A stretch of 64,000 nt of DNA from Muribaculaceae bacterium (lineage in GTDB: Bacteria; Bacteroidota; Bacteroidia; Bacteroidales; Muribaculaceae): assembly GCA_051871645.1 (NCBI GenBank), contig JBJEDC010000092.1:19341-83340 (forward strand). Direction: 5' to 3'. Below the pieces are notes generated by a model that searched no databases, was not told the origin of the DNA, and saw only the letters and a program-made list of their open reading frames with translations. Each line of letters starts with the position of its first letter. Position 1 is the stretch's first letter. Of this stretch, positions 50,357-60,237 are shown in pieces. The translations under genes and the position numbers were made by a program.

Positions 50357-50885
50357 AAGTAGAGGGTTAAGAGGATTTTAAGTTGTTGTTATGTAATGTT
50401 TGCAGACGCGGATATCAGTTTCTGCGCCTTAACTTTGCAAAGATAAACAAAAAAATCTGACACAGGTTGCAAAGTCGGCAAATCTTTTTGACGAAATACA
50501 GGCAAATAGTCATATAAGGGCCTGATGCTAATGCAATAATTTTTAACTAAAAACAATGCAAAATTTAACTATAAATATTTCGGGTAAAGAGAGCGAATAC
50601 GGTCGGAATTTTGTAATTTTGCAACGACAATGTCCGGGGCCGGCGAAGGGCCGTGCCTCCTCTCTCCTCACATAACCGCGTGCTGCGGCGACGTTGTCAC
50701 TGAATAGTCGTTTGTCTGACAGGGTTTTGGCCCGGAAAGTCGGACATTGCCGTATGTAGACGCGCCAACGCTACAGCGGGACATATAAACGGCGGTGTTG
50801 CCGCCATCCCGGAATCGCCCTTTCGGCCTCTTTCCCCTGAGGTCCGGCGTTTCCGCCTGAGCTGAAAAAATAAAAAACAACATAA

Positions 50886-52616
50886 ATGACAAGTAGATGG
50901 AACTATCTACCCCTTACCGCCGAAGAACAGAAGCTGGAAACGGAGCTTGCCCGCCGCTTTGCCAACGTCGCCCCCATAAGCGAACTGTTGGTACAGCGCG
51001 GCATAGGCTCAGTGGCCGAGGCTGAAAAGTTTTTTCATCCCTCGCTGCGCGATCTCCACGATCCGTTTCTGATGCCCGATATGGACAAGGCGGTTGACAG
51101 GCTCAACCGGGCCATGGGGTCTAAGGAGCGTATCATGGTATACGGCGACTACGACGTGGACGGAACCACGGCGGTGTCGCTGGTATACAGGTACCTGCAG
51201 AATTTTTACTCGGAAATCGAGTATTACATCCCGACGCGTTACGACGACGGCTACGGCATCTCAAAAGCCGTGATTGACGAGTCCGACGAACGTGGCGTGA
51301 AACTCATCATCATTCTCGACTGCGGCATCAAGGCCATCGAGGAAATCAAGTATGCCCGCGAGAAGGGCATTGATTTCATCATCTGCGACCACCATGTGCC
51401 CGATGACGAGCTGCCCCCGGCAGTCGCCATCCTCAATCCCAAGATGGAGGGCAGCACATATCCGTGCCCGCACCTCAGCGGCTGCGGCGTGGGCTACAAA
51501 CTCATGCAGGCGTTCAGCATCAGCAACGGCATCGGCACGGCCGAGCTTGAGAGCATGCTCGACCTTGTCGCCGTCTCCATCGCCGCCGACATCGTGCCCA
51601 TGGTGGACGAGAACCGTGTCATGGCTTACCACGGCCTCAAGCGCCTAAACAGCAACCCCAACATGGGTCTGCGCGCCATCATCCGCATCTGCGGACTCGG
51701 CGGCAAGGAAATCAGCATCTCGGACGTCATCTTCAAGATCGGGCCCCGCATCAACGCCAGCGGCCGCATGCAGAGCGGCGGCGAGGCCGTGGAGCTGCTT
51801 ACAGCCCGCGACGTAAAGGAGGCCAACGAGAAGGCTCTTGCCATCGACCAGTACAACAAAGACCGCAAGGAACTGGACAAGCGCATCACCGAGGAGGCCA
51901 ACGCCATCCTCGACCGCCGCGGCGAGAGCGAGTCGGACAAAAAGTCTATCGTAATCTATAACAAGGACTGGCACAAGGGCATCATCGGCATCGTGGCGAG
52001 CCGCCTCACCGAGCTGTACTACAAGCCGTCGGTGGTGCTGACGCTAAGCAACGGCCTGGCCACCGGCTCAAGCCGCTCGGTGCAGGGCTTCGACGTCTAC
52101 CGCGCCGTTGACTCGGCCCGCGACCTGCTGGAGAACTTCGGCGGACACACCTACGCCGTCGGCCTGTCGATGAAGGAGGAGAACATCCCCGAGTTCACCC
52201 GCCGCTTCGAGGAGTATGTCGCCGCCAACATCCTCCCCAGCCAGCTCACGCCCCAGCTCGACATCGACGCCATCATCAATTTCGCGCAGATTACGCCGGA
52301 GTTCGTGTCGATGCTGCGCCTGTTCAATCCGTTCGGCCCGGGCAACCAGAAGCCGGTCTTCTGCACCCGCAATGTCAAGGACTTCGGCACGGGCAAGCTC
52401 GTGGGCAAGAACCTGGAGCACATCAAGCTCGAGCTGGTCGACGATACCAGCGGCAAGGTCTTCAACGGCATAGCCTTCAACATGGCCAAGTATTTCGACC
52501 ACATCCACGCCGGCAAGCCCTTCGACATCTGCTACACCATCGAGGAGAACAAGCACCGTAACGCGGGCTCGACGCTGCAGCTGATGGTGAAGCAAATCCA
52601 CCTGCACGACAAATAA
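50886..52616 (+). CDS. recJ: Single-stranded-DNA exonuclease RecJ
   Basis: YGDYDVDG, LDCG, CDHH, ADIVP, GPRINASGR, GIVASRL, FGGH, PFGPGN. Confidence 0.97.
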   Translation: MTSRWNYLPLTAEEQKLETELARRFANVAPISELLVQRGIGSVAEAEKFFHPSLRDLHDPFLMPDMDKAVDRLNRAMGSKERIMVYGDYDVDGTTAVSLVYRYLQNFYSEIEYYIPTRYDDGYGISKAVIDESDERGVKLIIILDCGIKAIEEIKYAREKGIDFIICDHHVPDDELPPAVAILNPKMEGSTYPCPHLSGCGVGYKLMQAFSISNGIGTAELESMLDLVAVSIAADIVPMVDENRVMAYHGLKRLNSNPNMGLRAIIRICGLGGKEISISDVIFKIGPRINASGRMQSGGEAVELLTARDVKEANEKALAIDQYNKDRKELDKRITEEANAILDRRGESESDKKSIVIYNKDWHKGIIGIVASRLTELYYKPSVVLTLSNGLATGSSRSVQGFDVYRAVDSARDLLENFGGHTYAVGLSMKEENIPEFTRRFEEYVAANILPSQLTPQLDIDAIINFAQITPEFVSMLRLFNPFGPGNQKPVFCTRNVKDFGTGKLVGKNLEHIKLELVDDTSGKVFNGIAFNMAKYFDHIHAGKPFDICYTIEENKHRNAGSTLQLMVKQIHLHDK

Positions 52617-52638
52617 GGGACTGTGTCAAAATAGCCTG

Positions 52639-52718
52639 AATGTAGGGATATGCCTTTGGCATGTCGGACCAATCCGTTGGTTTTCAGGTTTAACATCGCA
52701 AAGCGATGTCCCTACATC
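52639..52718. repeat. REP-doublet copy 6, between recJ and recQ
   Basis: GTAGGGATATGCCTTTGGCATGTC...ACATCGCAAAGCGATGTCCCTAC; flank TGTGTCAAAATAGCCTGAAT. Confidence 0.9.
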
Positions 52719-52776
52719 ATGAAATTCCACATTTTGCCACCACACGGATTATATTTGAAAAACCCGAATTAGACCT

Positions 52777-54711
52777 TTGCCTGTGAAAGACCCCGAATCT
52801 GTCCTCAGGGAATACTGGGGATATGACAGTTTCCGACCCCGTCAGCGCGAGATTATCGACTCGGTGCTGGCGGGGCACGATACTTTGGGACTGCTGCCGA
52901 CGGGCGGCGGCAAGTCTCTGACGTTTCAGGTGCCGGCGCTGTTGCTGGACGGGCTTACCATCGTCATCACGCCGCTGATTTCGCTGATGAAGGACCAGGT
53001 GGACAATCTGCGCGAGCGCGGCATCCGCGCCGTCTGCCTGACCATGGGAATGACGCGGCGCGAGACACGGCTGGTCTACGACAAGTGTCGCCTGGGCAAG
53101 ACGCGTATGCTGTATGTGTCGCCCGAGCGCCTGCGCTCCGAGAACTTCATGCGCGAGCTGCGGGGCTGGAACGTCTCGCTGATTACCGTCGACGAAGCGC
53201 ACTGCATCTCGCAGTGGGGATATGATTTCCGCCCGTCTTACCTGCGTATCGGCGAGCTGCGCGGAATCCTCGGCCCCGATGTCCCCATACTCGCCCTTAC
53301 CGCCAGCGCCACGCCGCTTGTCCGTGAGGACATCGCCCGTCAGTTGCGGTTCAGGCCGGACAGCAATGTCTTCGCCCTCAGCTTCGACCGCCCAAACCTC
53401 AGCTATGTCGTGCGCGTCACCGAGAATAAGACCGACAAGTTGCTTCAGGTGCTCCGCGCCACTTCCGGTACCGCTATTGTCTATGTGCGGTCGCGCAAAA
53501 AAACGCGCGAGATAGCCGAGTTGCTGCAAGGCTCCGACATCAGCGCCACCTTTTACCATGCCGGCCTCGACCCGGAGGTCAAGGCGACGCGCCAGGAGGA
53601 ATGGAAATCGGGGCGCATAAGGGTTATTGTCGCCACCAACGCCTTCGGCATGGGTATCGACAAGCCCGATGTGCGCACTGTCATTCATGTCGACCTGCCT
53701 CCCTCGCTTGAGGAATATTACCAGGAGGCGGGACGTGCCGGCCGCGACGGCAAGCCGTCGTTCGCCGTCCTCATCGTCACCATGCGCGACCGCGGCATGC
53801 TGACCCGACGCCTCCACGAGGCCTTTCCGCCTCTCGATTTCGTGCAGAAAGTCTACGAGCTCCTCGGCGCCTTCCTTGAGGTGCCTGTAGGAGGCGGTTA
53901 CAACAAAGTTTTCGAGTTCGACCTCAGGCGTTTCTGCGAGACGTACGGCCTGCAGGAACGCCTGACGCGCGGAGCGCTGGCGCTGCTCACCCAGGGAGCG
54001 TATATCGAGTTTCAGGACGAGGCGCCCACGCGTGCCCGCCTGATGATGCTGTGCCGCCGCGACGAGCTGTACGCCGAGCGCCTGACGCAGGAGGAGGACG
54101 CCGTGCTGATGGCAGTCCTGCGCACCTATACAGGTCTGTTCAGCGAGTATGCTTTTGTCAGCGAGAGCGAGATTGCCCGCATCGCCGGACTTCCCGAGGA
54201 GTCCATCTACGACATTATGCTCTCGCTTGGCCGTAAGAACATCCTGCACTACATCCCCCGCAAGGCTGTCCCCTACATACTCTACGTCACCGGCCGCGAG
54301 GAGACGCGTCACGTCACCCTCGGCCCCGAAATATACGAGCAGCGTCGCCGCCTGATGGAGATGCGACTAAAAGCCGTGGCAGACTTTGCATACACAACCG
54401 ATAAATGCCGCTCCGTCATTCTCCTTAATTATTTCGGCGAAACCGACGTTCCCGACTGTGCCCGTTGCGATGTCTGCCGTGCCCGCGCCGTACGGGATGG
54501 ACAAAGGGCAAGGAAAGTCATTGAACCCGCCGACAGAGTGATAGATGACATTCCCACAGCTATCCTGCGCCTCCTTCGTGCCGGCCGTCTGCCTGCTTCC
54601 ACGGTAGCCCAAGTCCTCTGCATAGACGCAGCGGAACTGGCCGAAAACGTCCGTACCCTCACAGACCGCGGCCTCATCCGCGCCAAAGGCCTCTACCTCG
54701 AACTTTGCTGA
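52777..54711 (+). CDS. recQ: RecQ-family ATP-dependent DNA helicase
   Basis: PTGGGKS, VDEAHCISQWGYDFRPSY, TASAT, ATNAFGMGIDKPDVR, YYQEAGRAGRDG, Zn site CR...CARCDVC. Confidence 0.93.
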   Translation: MPVKDPESVLREYWGYDSFRPRQREIIDSVLAGHDTLGLLPTGGGKSLTFQVPALLLDGLTIVITPLISLMKDQVDNLRERGIRAVCLTMGMTRRETRLVYDKCRLGKTRMLYVSPERLRSENFMRELRGWNVSLITVDEAHCISQWGYDFRPSYLRIGELRGILGPDVPILALTASATPLVREDIARQLRFRPDSNVFALSFDRPNLSYVVRVTENKTDKLLQVLRATSGTAIVYVRSRKKTREIAELLQGSDISATFYHAGLDPEVKATRQEEWKSGRIRVIVATNAFGMGIDKPDVRTVIHVDLPPSLEEYYQEAGRAGRDGKPSFAVLIVTMRDRGMLTRRLHEAFPPLDFVQKVYELLGAFLEVPVGGGYNKVFEFDLRRFCETYGLQERLTRGALALLTQGAYIEFQDEAPTRARLMMLCRRDELYAERLTQEEDAVLMAVLRTYTGLFSEYAFVSESEIARIAGLPEESIYDIMLSLGRKNILHYIPRKAVPYILYVTGREETRHVTLGPEIYEQRRRLMEMRLKAVADFAYTTDKCRSVILLNYFGETDVPDCARCDVCRARAVRDGQRARKVIEPADRVIDDIPTAILRLLRAGRLPASTVAQVLCIDAAELAENVRTLTDRGLIRAKGLYLELC

Positions 54712-54741
54712 GAATAAGCCTCGAATTATAGAGAGATTGAA

Positions 54742-55932
54742 TTAATAGAGGAAGCCTAACAGCCACATTGGAATTTTGTTTCCAAAACCGGTCTCAATAT
54801 TGTCGGCTATGACATAGCTGTTGGGCTTGTCGGCAATTTGAGAGAATCCTTTCCCCTTACCGCCAACTTCAAACAGATAGGTGCGGTCAAGGAGAAAGTC
54901 CCCCTCTTTGGCTGCAAACAGCTTGCCGGTATAGCTAAGCATCGACGCCACATAGCTTTCCCTCACCGTTCCTGCTTTGCTGAGAATTCCAAGTGCCTGC
55001 ATTACCGAAGGGTTGTCAAAGAGTATTTTTTCGGGTTTTGATGCCCGTTTAGGCTGTGTCGTCGCATCCATCAGAGTACGGAGAATCGCACCTTCGCTAA
55101 GCAGAGTGAAGAATTTCATCAACTGGTTCCGGGTTACTTCGACATCTCTTGAGAGGTTCGTCATATTCGGTACAAAAGGTACCTGCTCGGCAAGAATTAC
55201 AAGAAGTTTTTTTAGTTTTAACTGAGTTTCATACTCAATAGCAGTCACTGCGGGTATATCAATGTCAATAACCGACAATACGAGTCTTTCCACCCTCTGT
55301 GCATAGGTAAATTCCGAACTGTCCATAAAGAATGGATAATAACCCATCTTAAGGTATTTTTCAAATTCGCCTATAACGCGTATAGACGATGATATTCCGG
55401 CGGCCAGGGCGCGATGATTTCCGAGAATATCATGTAGGCTGACAGGTGTTAGTCCGTAATTCCCGGTAAAATTCAGATATTCCCTGAAAGAAAGACCTCT
55501 CAGTTCATATACGGCAACTCGACGTGACAAGTCTGCAACTTTGCTGTTGAGCTGGAGCAATGACGATCCTGTAAAAACGACATGCAGACCGGGGTAACTG
55601 TCATAAATATTTTTTAGTTCCTGTTCCCAGTTTGGTCGGGGATACAGATGCACCTCGTCGAGATAAAGGTGAGTTCCGCCATGCTTATAGTGGTAATCGG
55701 CAAGTTCCACAATAGTGTGGTCATTAAAGAAGAGCTGATCCAGAGAGGCATATACTCCACGCTCACCATTTTCTTTGCATCTCTGTTTCATCATGGTGGT
55801 TTTACCAACTCCTCGTGCACCCTTAATCATGATTAGTCGGTCGCTCCATACGATGGTGTCGTATAAGTAACGGTGAAGGGGTGCTTCAAGCGACTCTGTC
55901 AGTCGTGTGGATATCTCATATATTCGTTCCAT
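54742..55932 (-). CDS. AAA_14 ATPase with C-terminal DUF4143-like region; low-GC gene
   Basis: Walker A GARGVGKTT, Walker B LYLDEVH, FTGSS, GLSFREYL, GYYPF, GDF...FEVGGK. Confidence 0.88.
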   Translation of the reverse strand: MERIYEISTRLTESLEAPLHRYLYDTIVWSDRLIMIKGARGVGKTTMMKQRCKENGERGVYASLDQLFFNDHTIVELADYHYKHGGTHLYLDEVHLYPRPNWEQELKNIYDSYPGLHVVFTGSSLLQLNSKVADLSRRVAVYELRGLSFREYLNFTGNYGLTPVSLHDILGNHRALAAGISSSIRVIGEFEKYLKMGYYPFFMDSSEFTYAQRVERLVLSVIDIDIPAVTAIEYETQLKLKKLLVILAEQVPFVPNMTNLSRDVEVTRNQLMKFFTLLSEGAILRTLMDATTQPKRASKPEKILFDNPSVMQALGILSKAGTVRESYVASMLSYTGKLFAAKEGDFLLDRTYLFEVGGKGKGFSQIADKPNSYVIADNIETGFGNKIPMWLLGFLY

Positions 55933-55948
55933 CTCTTTATAATTTCCA

Positions 55949-56014
55949 CAAAGTTATGAAAAGTTTTCTTTTCAAAGAAAGAAAATAGGTCATTTATTTT
56001 CTTTGTAAAGAAAA
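55949..56014 (-). promoter_or_regulatory. Promoter with two palindromic operator-like sites
   Basis: TAACTTTG at 55949-55956; TTTCTTT-N2-AAAGAAA at 55965-55980 and 55998-56013. Confidence 0.6.
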
Positions 56015-56066
56015 ATGATATTTACGAACTATGAGGGCAATATGGATGAGCCTTTGTACCTGATGA

Positions 56067-56618
56067 TTACAGTAGTTTGGTGCAGTTGGGGAGGCCGTTG
56101 CGGATGAGGGCGTTGCATGCGGCGGTGTCGGCGGGGTGGGCGTTGATGGGGAGGCGGTAGGCTTCGGTGACGCGGGCTTCGGGGACGAGGTTTTGCAAAA
56201 GTTCCTGAGGGGAGGGGACTTGCGGCAGTGCGTGGTATTGCGGGTAGGTCCAGCGGGTGAAGCGGGTGCCGGTGCCGATGCCGCCGCGGCGGTCGAGGAG
56301 CCAGCCGTCGGCGAGGGGCAGGGGTGTGCTGAACTCGCCCACGTCGGTTGGGTCGGGGTAGCTCAGCAGGGTGCCGTCGGGGTTGAGGTTGACTGGAACA
56401 AGGTTGTTGTAATCGCCGTTGGTCTTGTAGATTATGGCTTTGGGCAGGTAGCTCGCGCCGTTGCCGCGCATTCCGGTTACGGGAGTGGGGCGGGGTGCTA
56501 TCACCACGGCGTCCTCGCGGGGCGTTTCGGTATTTTTTACGGCTGACGAGCATGCCGCCGCCATTGTCGTTAATGTCATCAGGCTGAGGATTGTAAGGAT
56601 TCGGAATGTTTTTTTCAT
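56067..56618 (-). CDS. Conserved hypothetical lipoprotein
   Basis: Lipobox AAAC; PKAIIYKTNGDYNNLVPV...SYPDPTD...GWLLDRRG. Confidence 0.8.
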   Translation of the reverse strand: MKKTFRILTILSLMTLTTMAAACSSAVKNTETPREDAVVIAPRPTPVTGMRGNGASYLPKAIIYKTNGDYNNLVPVNLNPDGTLLSYPDPTDVGEFSTPLPLADGWLLDRRGGIGTGTRFTRWTYPQYHALPQVPSPQELLQNLVPEARVTEAYRLPINAHPADTAACNALIRNGLPNCTKLL

Positions 56619-56768
56619 ACTCGGAGGATTGTGTCACTCAAATTTGAGGCGAAAATTACTAAATTCCAAACAAACGGCGCATTGCTTTAATGAATTTTAA
56701 CCAAGTTTGTCCGTTTCGCGCATAAACCGTACATTTGTAGGCTGAAATGTTTAGGACCCGTTAAATCA

Positions 56769-57710
56769 ATGTCATATAATATAAGGAATTTTGTTGTCGC
56801 GGTGCTGTGCGCGCTGATGTCGCCGGCGCTTGTGTCGTGCTTCACCGGTGTGGAGAGCACGCCCAAGATTACGGCCAAAGACGTAAAGAAAAGACATGCC
56901 ACGCAGACGCCGGAGGAGGCGTATACCGCCGACGTGGCAGGTCAGCCCGTGGCAGAGTGGAAGCCCGGCAAGGAATGGCGTGTCACCGATGACCGCATCG
57001 GCCTGGTTTTCCAGCCGCTGCGCACCGGCGGCTATGCCGGCGGACTTGCCGGAAAGGACATCGTTCTCGACTCGGTCTGCGCCGTTACCGGCATCACCGG
57101 CGAGCGTGAGACACAGATTGTCCTGCATGCTCCCGACGGCACCCCGCTGATTTACCGCAGCAGCGTGCCCTACGCCGATTTCCTGCGCCGCAAGTCGTTA
57201 GATATCCCCTTCACCGTCGAGCACTCGCTGGTCGACAATATGCGCGGCCTGCTTGCCGGCAACAGATATTACATCCTCGTCTCGCGTCGCCAGGATGCCG
57301 CGGGCCGCGATACTACGGGTCTGCGTTACATGCCGGTGACGGTGCTCGACGTATTGCCCGGCGACGATCTGCGGCCCCTGCGCGTCCTCTTCCGCAACAG
57401 CGACGGCAAGACGGAGAGTCTGATGATGACCTGTGGTTCGGGGCGTACGGCCACGCGCAACTTCGCCACGCTCTTCGCATTTGACGACCCGCGTCGCCGC
57501 TATCCCACCATCACCGACAAGGTCTGGGACCTCATCAGACACTCGAAAGTGCGCGAGGACATGACGCGCGAGGAGTGCCGTCTTGCCCTCGGCGCCCCCG
57601 ACGAGTACACCCAGGTGCCGTCGACAGGCGGCATGGTGGAACTGTGGAAATACGACAACGGCATGTATCTCCGCTTTGACGACGGCCGCCTCACTGCTTT
57701 CAGAATGTAA
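56769..57710 (+). CDS. Hypothetical lipoprotein (C-terminal SmpA/BamE-like motif)
   Basis: LVSC lipobox; MTREECRLALGAP...WKYDNGMYLRFDDGRL; TACATTTG box at 56730-56737. Confidence 0.75.
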   Translation: MSYNIRNFVVAVLCALMSPALVSCFTGVESTPKITAKDVKKRHATQTPEEAYTADVAGQPVAEWKPGKEWRVTDDRIGLVFQPLRTGGYAGGLAGKDIVLDSVCAVTGITGERETQIVLHAPDGTPLIYRSSVPYADFLRRKSLDIPFTVEHSLVDNMRGLLAGNRYYILVSRRQDAAGRDTTGLRYMPVTVLDVLPGDDLRPLRVLFRNSDGKTESLMMTCGSGRTATRNFATLFAFDDPRRRYPTITDKVWDLIRHSKVREDMTREECRLALGAPDEYTQVPSTGGMVELWKYDNGMYLRFDDGRLTAFRM

Positions 57711-57721
57711 AGGAATTCGTT

Positions 57722-58492
57722 ATGCCATACACGATTACGATACTTGGTTCGGGAACGTCGACGGGCGTTCCGCAGATTGGTTGCCGGTGTACGACATGTA
57801 CCTCCGACGACCCGCGCGACAAGCGGCTGAGGGCGTCGGCGCTGGTGACCACGCCACGCGGCAACCGGTTCCTCATCGACTGCGGCCCGGATTTCCGCCA
57901 GCAGATACTCCTGCAGGGCTCGCCGCACCTTGACGGTCTGCTTATCACGCACAGCCACTACGACCATGTAGGCGGCATCGACGACCTGCGGCCGTACTGC
58001 CATCCCGATTCGTTTCCGGTGTGGTGCGAGCCCAACGTGGCCGAGGACCTGCGCAACCGAGTGCCGTACTGTTTCGCCAAGCACTTATATCCCGGCGTGC
58101 CGACCTTCAACATTCATGAACTTACGACGCTCGACCCGTTCGAGGTGAACGGCGACGTCATCGTGCCCCTGCGTGTCATGCACGCCAAGCTGCCCATCAT
58201 CGGCTTCCGTTTCGGCCCGCTTGCCTACGTCACCGACTGTAAGGTGATGCCGCCCGAAACAGTCGAGGCTCTGCGCGGTGTGGACACGTTGGTGATAAAC
58301 GCCCTCAGGCACGAGGAACACCTGTCGCACATGAACCTACGGCAGGCCTTGGACGTTATAAAGCAGACAGGTCCCCGAAGGACCCTGCTGACTCATCTCT
58401 CCCATCAGATGGGGCGTCACGCCGATGTCAGCGCCACCCTCCCCGCAGGAGTGGAAATCGCCTACGACGGCCAGACGGTGACGGTGGGTTAA
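57722..58492 (+). CDS. MBL-fold metallohydrolase (PhnP-like)
   Basis: LGSGTSTGVP, IDCGPDFR, THSHYDHVGGIDD, AYVTD, THLSH. Confidence 0.93.
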   Translation: MPYTITILGSGTSTGVPQIGCRCTTCTSDDPRDKRLRASALVTTPRGNRFLIDCGPDFRQQILLQGSPHLDGLLITHSHYDHVGGIDDLRPYCHPDSFPVWCEPNVAEDLRNRVPYCFAKHLYPGVPTFNIHELTTLDPFEVNGDVIVPLRVMHAKLPIIGFRFGPLAYVTDCKVMPPETVEALRGVDTLVINALRHEEHLSHMNLRQALDVIKQTGPRRTLLTHLSHQMGRHADVSATLPAGVEIAYDGQTVTVG

Positions 58493-58545
58493 GGCTTTAA
58501 GGTCCCTGAAGACCTTAAGGACTTTAAGGACTCTAAAGAATTTAA
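58490..58545. repeat. Degenerate 9-bp tandem array (TAAGG core)
   Basis: taaggtccc tgaagacct taaggactt taaggactc taaagaatt. Confidence 0.75.
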
Positions 58546-58557
58546 CTCAATAATACT

Positions 58558-59358
58558 ATGGCACGAATTTCCTATCTCAGCAACGACGGCTTCCTCGTCG
58601 AGACCCGCGACAACATCATCGTTTTCGACCCCTCGCACGACCCCGGTCGCACAATAATCAAAGCTCTCGAACGCAACCCCGAAAAGCCTGTGGCTTTCCT
58701 GGTCAGCTGCCGCGAAAATTTCAACCACCGCATCTTTAACCTCGGTCAGAACCATCGCCGCGCCTACATCCTCTCCAACGACATCGAACTGCGCGGTGCC
58801 GATGTCAAGGACCCCATTCAGGGCATGTCCGGCGGCGACATCGTCAATGACGTCTACGGTCTGCGCATCCAGGCCTTCAAATGCAACGCCGGCGGCGTGG
58901 CTTATGTCGTCACAACCGCTGAAGGCGAGACATATCTGCACACCGGCAACATGCAGCCTCTGCCCGACATCGAGGGTGACATCCACCGCACGGCCTACAA
59001 GATTGACGAGATGATACGCGACCCGCGCCTGCGCCGTGAGGACGAGCATGACCGCGCCGAATTCGAGACCGACGTCCGCCGCATCGCCTCCGAATATCCC
59101 CGCGTCGACGTTGTCTTCGCCGGTATCGACCGCCGCTCGGGCCGTGACGGCCTCGACGGTTTCCGCTTCATCGTCAGCACCATCCGCGCCGAATACTACG
59201 TTCCCATGCATTTCCGCGGTGACGATAAGAAAGAGCTGAGCAGCCTCCGCGATGACATGAAAGCCGTCCTCGGTGACGCAGAGGTCAAAGTCCTCTGCCT
59301 CCACACCCCAGACCACTTCACCCACGTCGACCTGCCCGAGACGGTAGCCAAAAACTGA
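58558..59358 (+). CDS. Degenerate MBL-fold protein
   Basis: ISYLSNDGFLVET...IIVFD...YLHTGN...YVPMHF; HxHxDH motif absent. Confidence 0.65.
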   Translation: MARISYLSNDGFLVETRDNIIVFDPSHDPGRTIIKALERNPEKPVAFLVSCRENFNHRIFNLGQNHRRAYILSNDIELRGADVKDPIQGMSGGDIVNDVYGLRIQAFKCNAGGVAYVVTTAEGETYLHTGNMQPLPDIEGDIHRTAYKIDEMIRDPRLRREDEHDRAEFETDVRRIASEYPRVDVVFAGIDRRSGRDGLDGFRFIVSTIRAEYYVPMHFRGDDKKELSSLRDDMKAVLGDAEVKVLCLHTPDHFTHVDLPETVAKN

Positions 59359-59380
59359 CGGCACCCATAATAGAACATAA

Positions 59381-59425
59381 CATCGCGCCCGCAAATTCCC
59401 ATATCAGGACTTTGCGGGCGCGATG
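59381..59425. terminator. Hairpin between convergent genes
   Basis: CATCGCGCCCGCAAA...TTTGCGGGCGCGATG. Confidence 0.7.
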
Positions 59426-59439
59426 AATGTGTTATAAGG

Positions 59440-60231
59440 CTACTTCTCGCCGGCCGGGAACATGTCAGGGCTCAGTCTTTGCCAGAAGGGGCGCATTTTG
59501 CGTTTCCACCAGGCGTGGCAGCCCATGGGGAGGCGGTTGCCGGTGAGACGGTAGCAGTAGGAGGGGTATTTGTCGAAGGAGAATGCGAGGGCTTTTTCGA
59601 CCGTCGGGTAATGGAAATTCTCAGGCTCGGTGGCCCAGAAGACATCTTCGTTGTAGAGATGGTTTTTCTTCTCGCGGTCAAGGTATTTCGCTATAGTATC
59701 CGCTTGACGGTGAATGACATCAAGATGTGATTTCACCTTTCGGAGTGACAGGCCGCCGTTGCCGATTTTGTCGTACAGGTCCTGCTTCGATTTCTGTCCT
59801 TTTTTTTGACTTATGTGGTGCGAAAGGTCCATGAACTGTTTCATGACGGGCAAATCGTACAGCGGGCGGCGCAGCCAGGGCGCTCCCACATAGTCGTATC
59901 CGGCCTCGCACCATTCCTTCAGCTCGTCCCTGAAAATATAAGCATCCGACTGGCAGATAAGGATGTACTCGTAATTGCTGAAGGCGGAATATAAGTCCTC
60001 GGAAAGCATAAGCCGGTTATAGCCCATTATCCCTTTGAAAAAATCCGGTTTGAAAGCCCGGAACTTAAGATTGGGATATGCCTCCGATAGAAAGCCGGTG
60101 TCAAGGCCCTCTGGGTGAACGACAAAGATGTCGTGTTTCCCGAGTACCTCGTTGGTGCGGTCGAGCGAAATCCGCTCGTAAGCGTCCAGGCCCGTTTTAT
60201 AAACGGGTATGATAATGGCAATCTGCTCCAT
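59440..60231 (-). CDS. DUF5672 family (glycosyltransferase-like) protein
   Basis: IIIPVYK, YNRLMLS, ILICQSDAYIF, YDYVGAPW, GNGGLSLRKV, NEDVFW, PMGCHAW. Confidence 0.85.
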   Translation of the reverse strand: MEQIAIIIPVYKTGLDAYERISLDRTNEVLGKHDIFVVHPEGLDTGFLSEAYPNLKFRAFKPDFFKGIMGYNRLMLSEDLYSAFSNYEYILICQSDAYIFRDELKEWCEAGYDYVGAPWLRRPLYDLPVMKQFMDLSHHISQKKGQKSKQDLYDKIGNGGLSLRKVKSHLDVIHRQADTIAKYLDREKKNHLYNEDVFWATEPENFHYPTVEKALAFSFDKYPSYCYRLTGNRLPMGCHAWWKRKMRPFWQRLSPDMFPAGEK

Positions 60232-60237
60232 AGGGTG

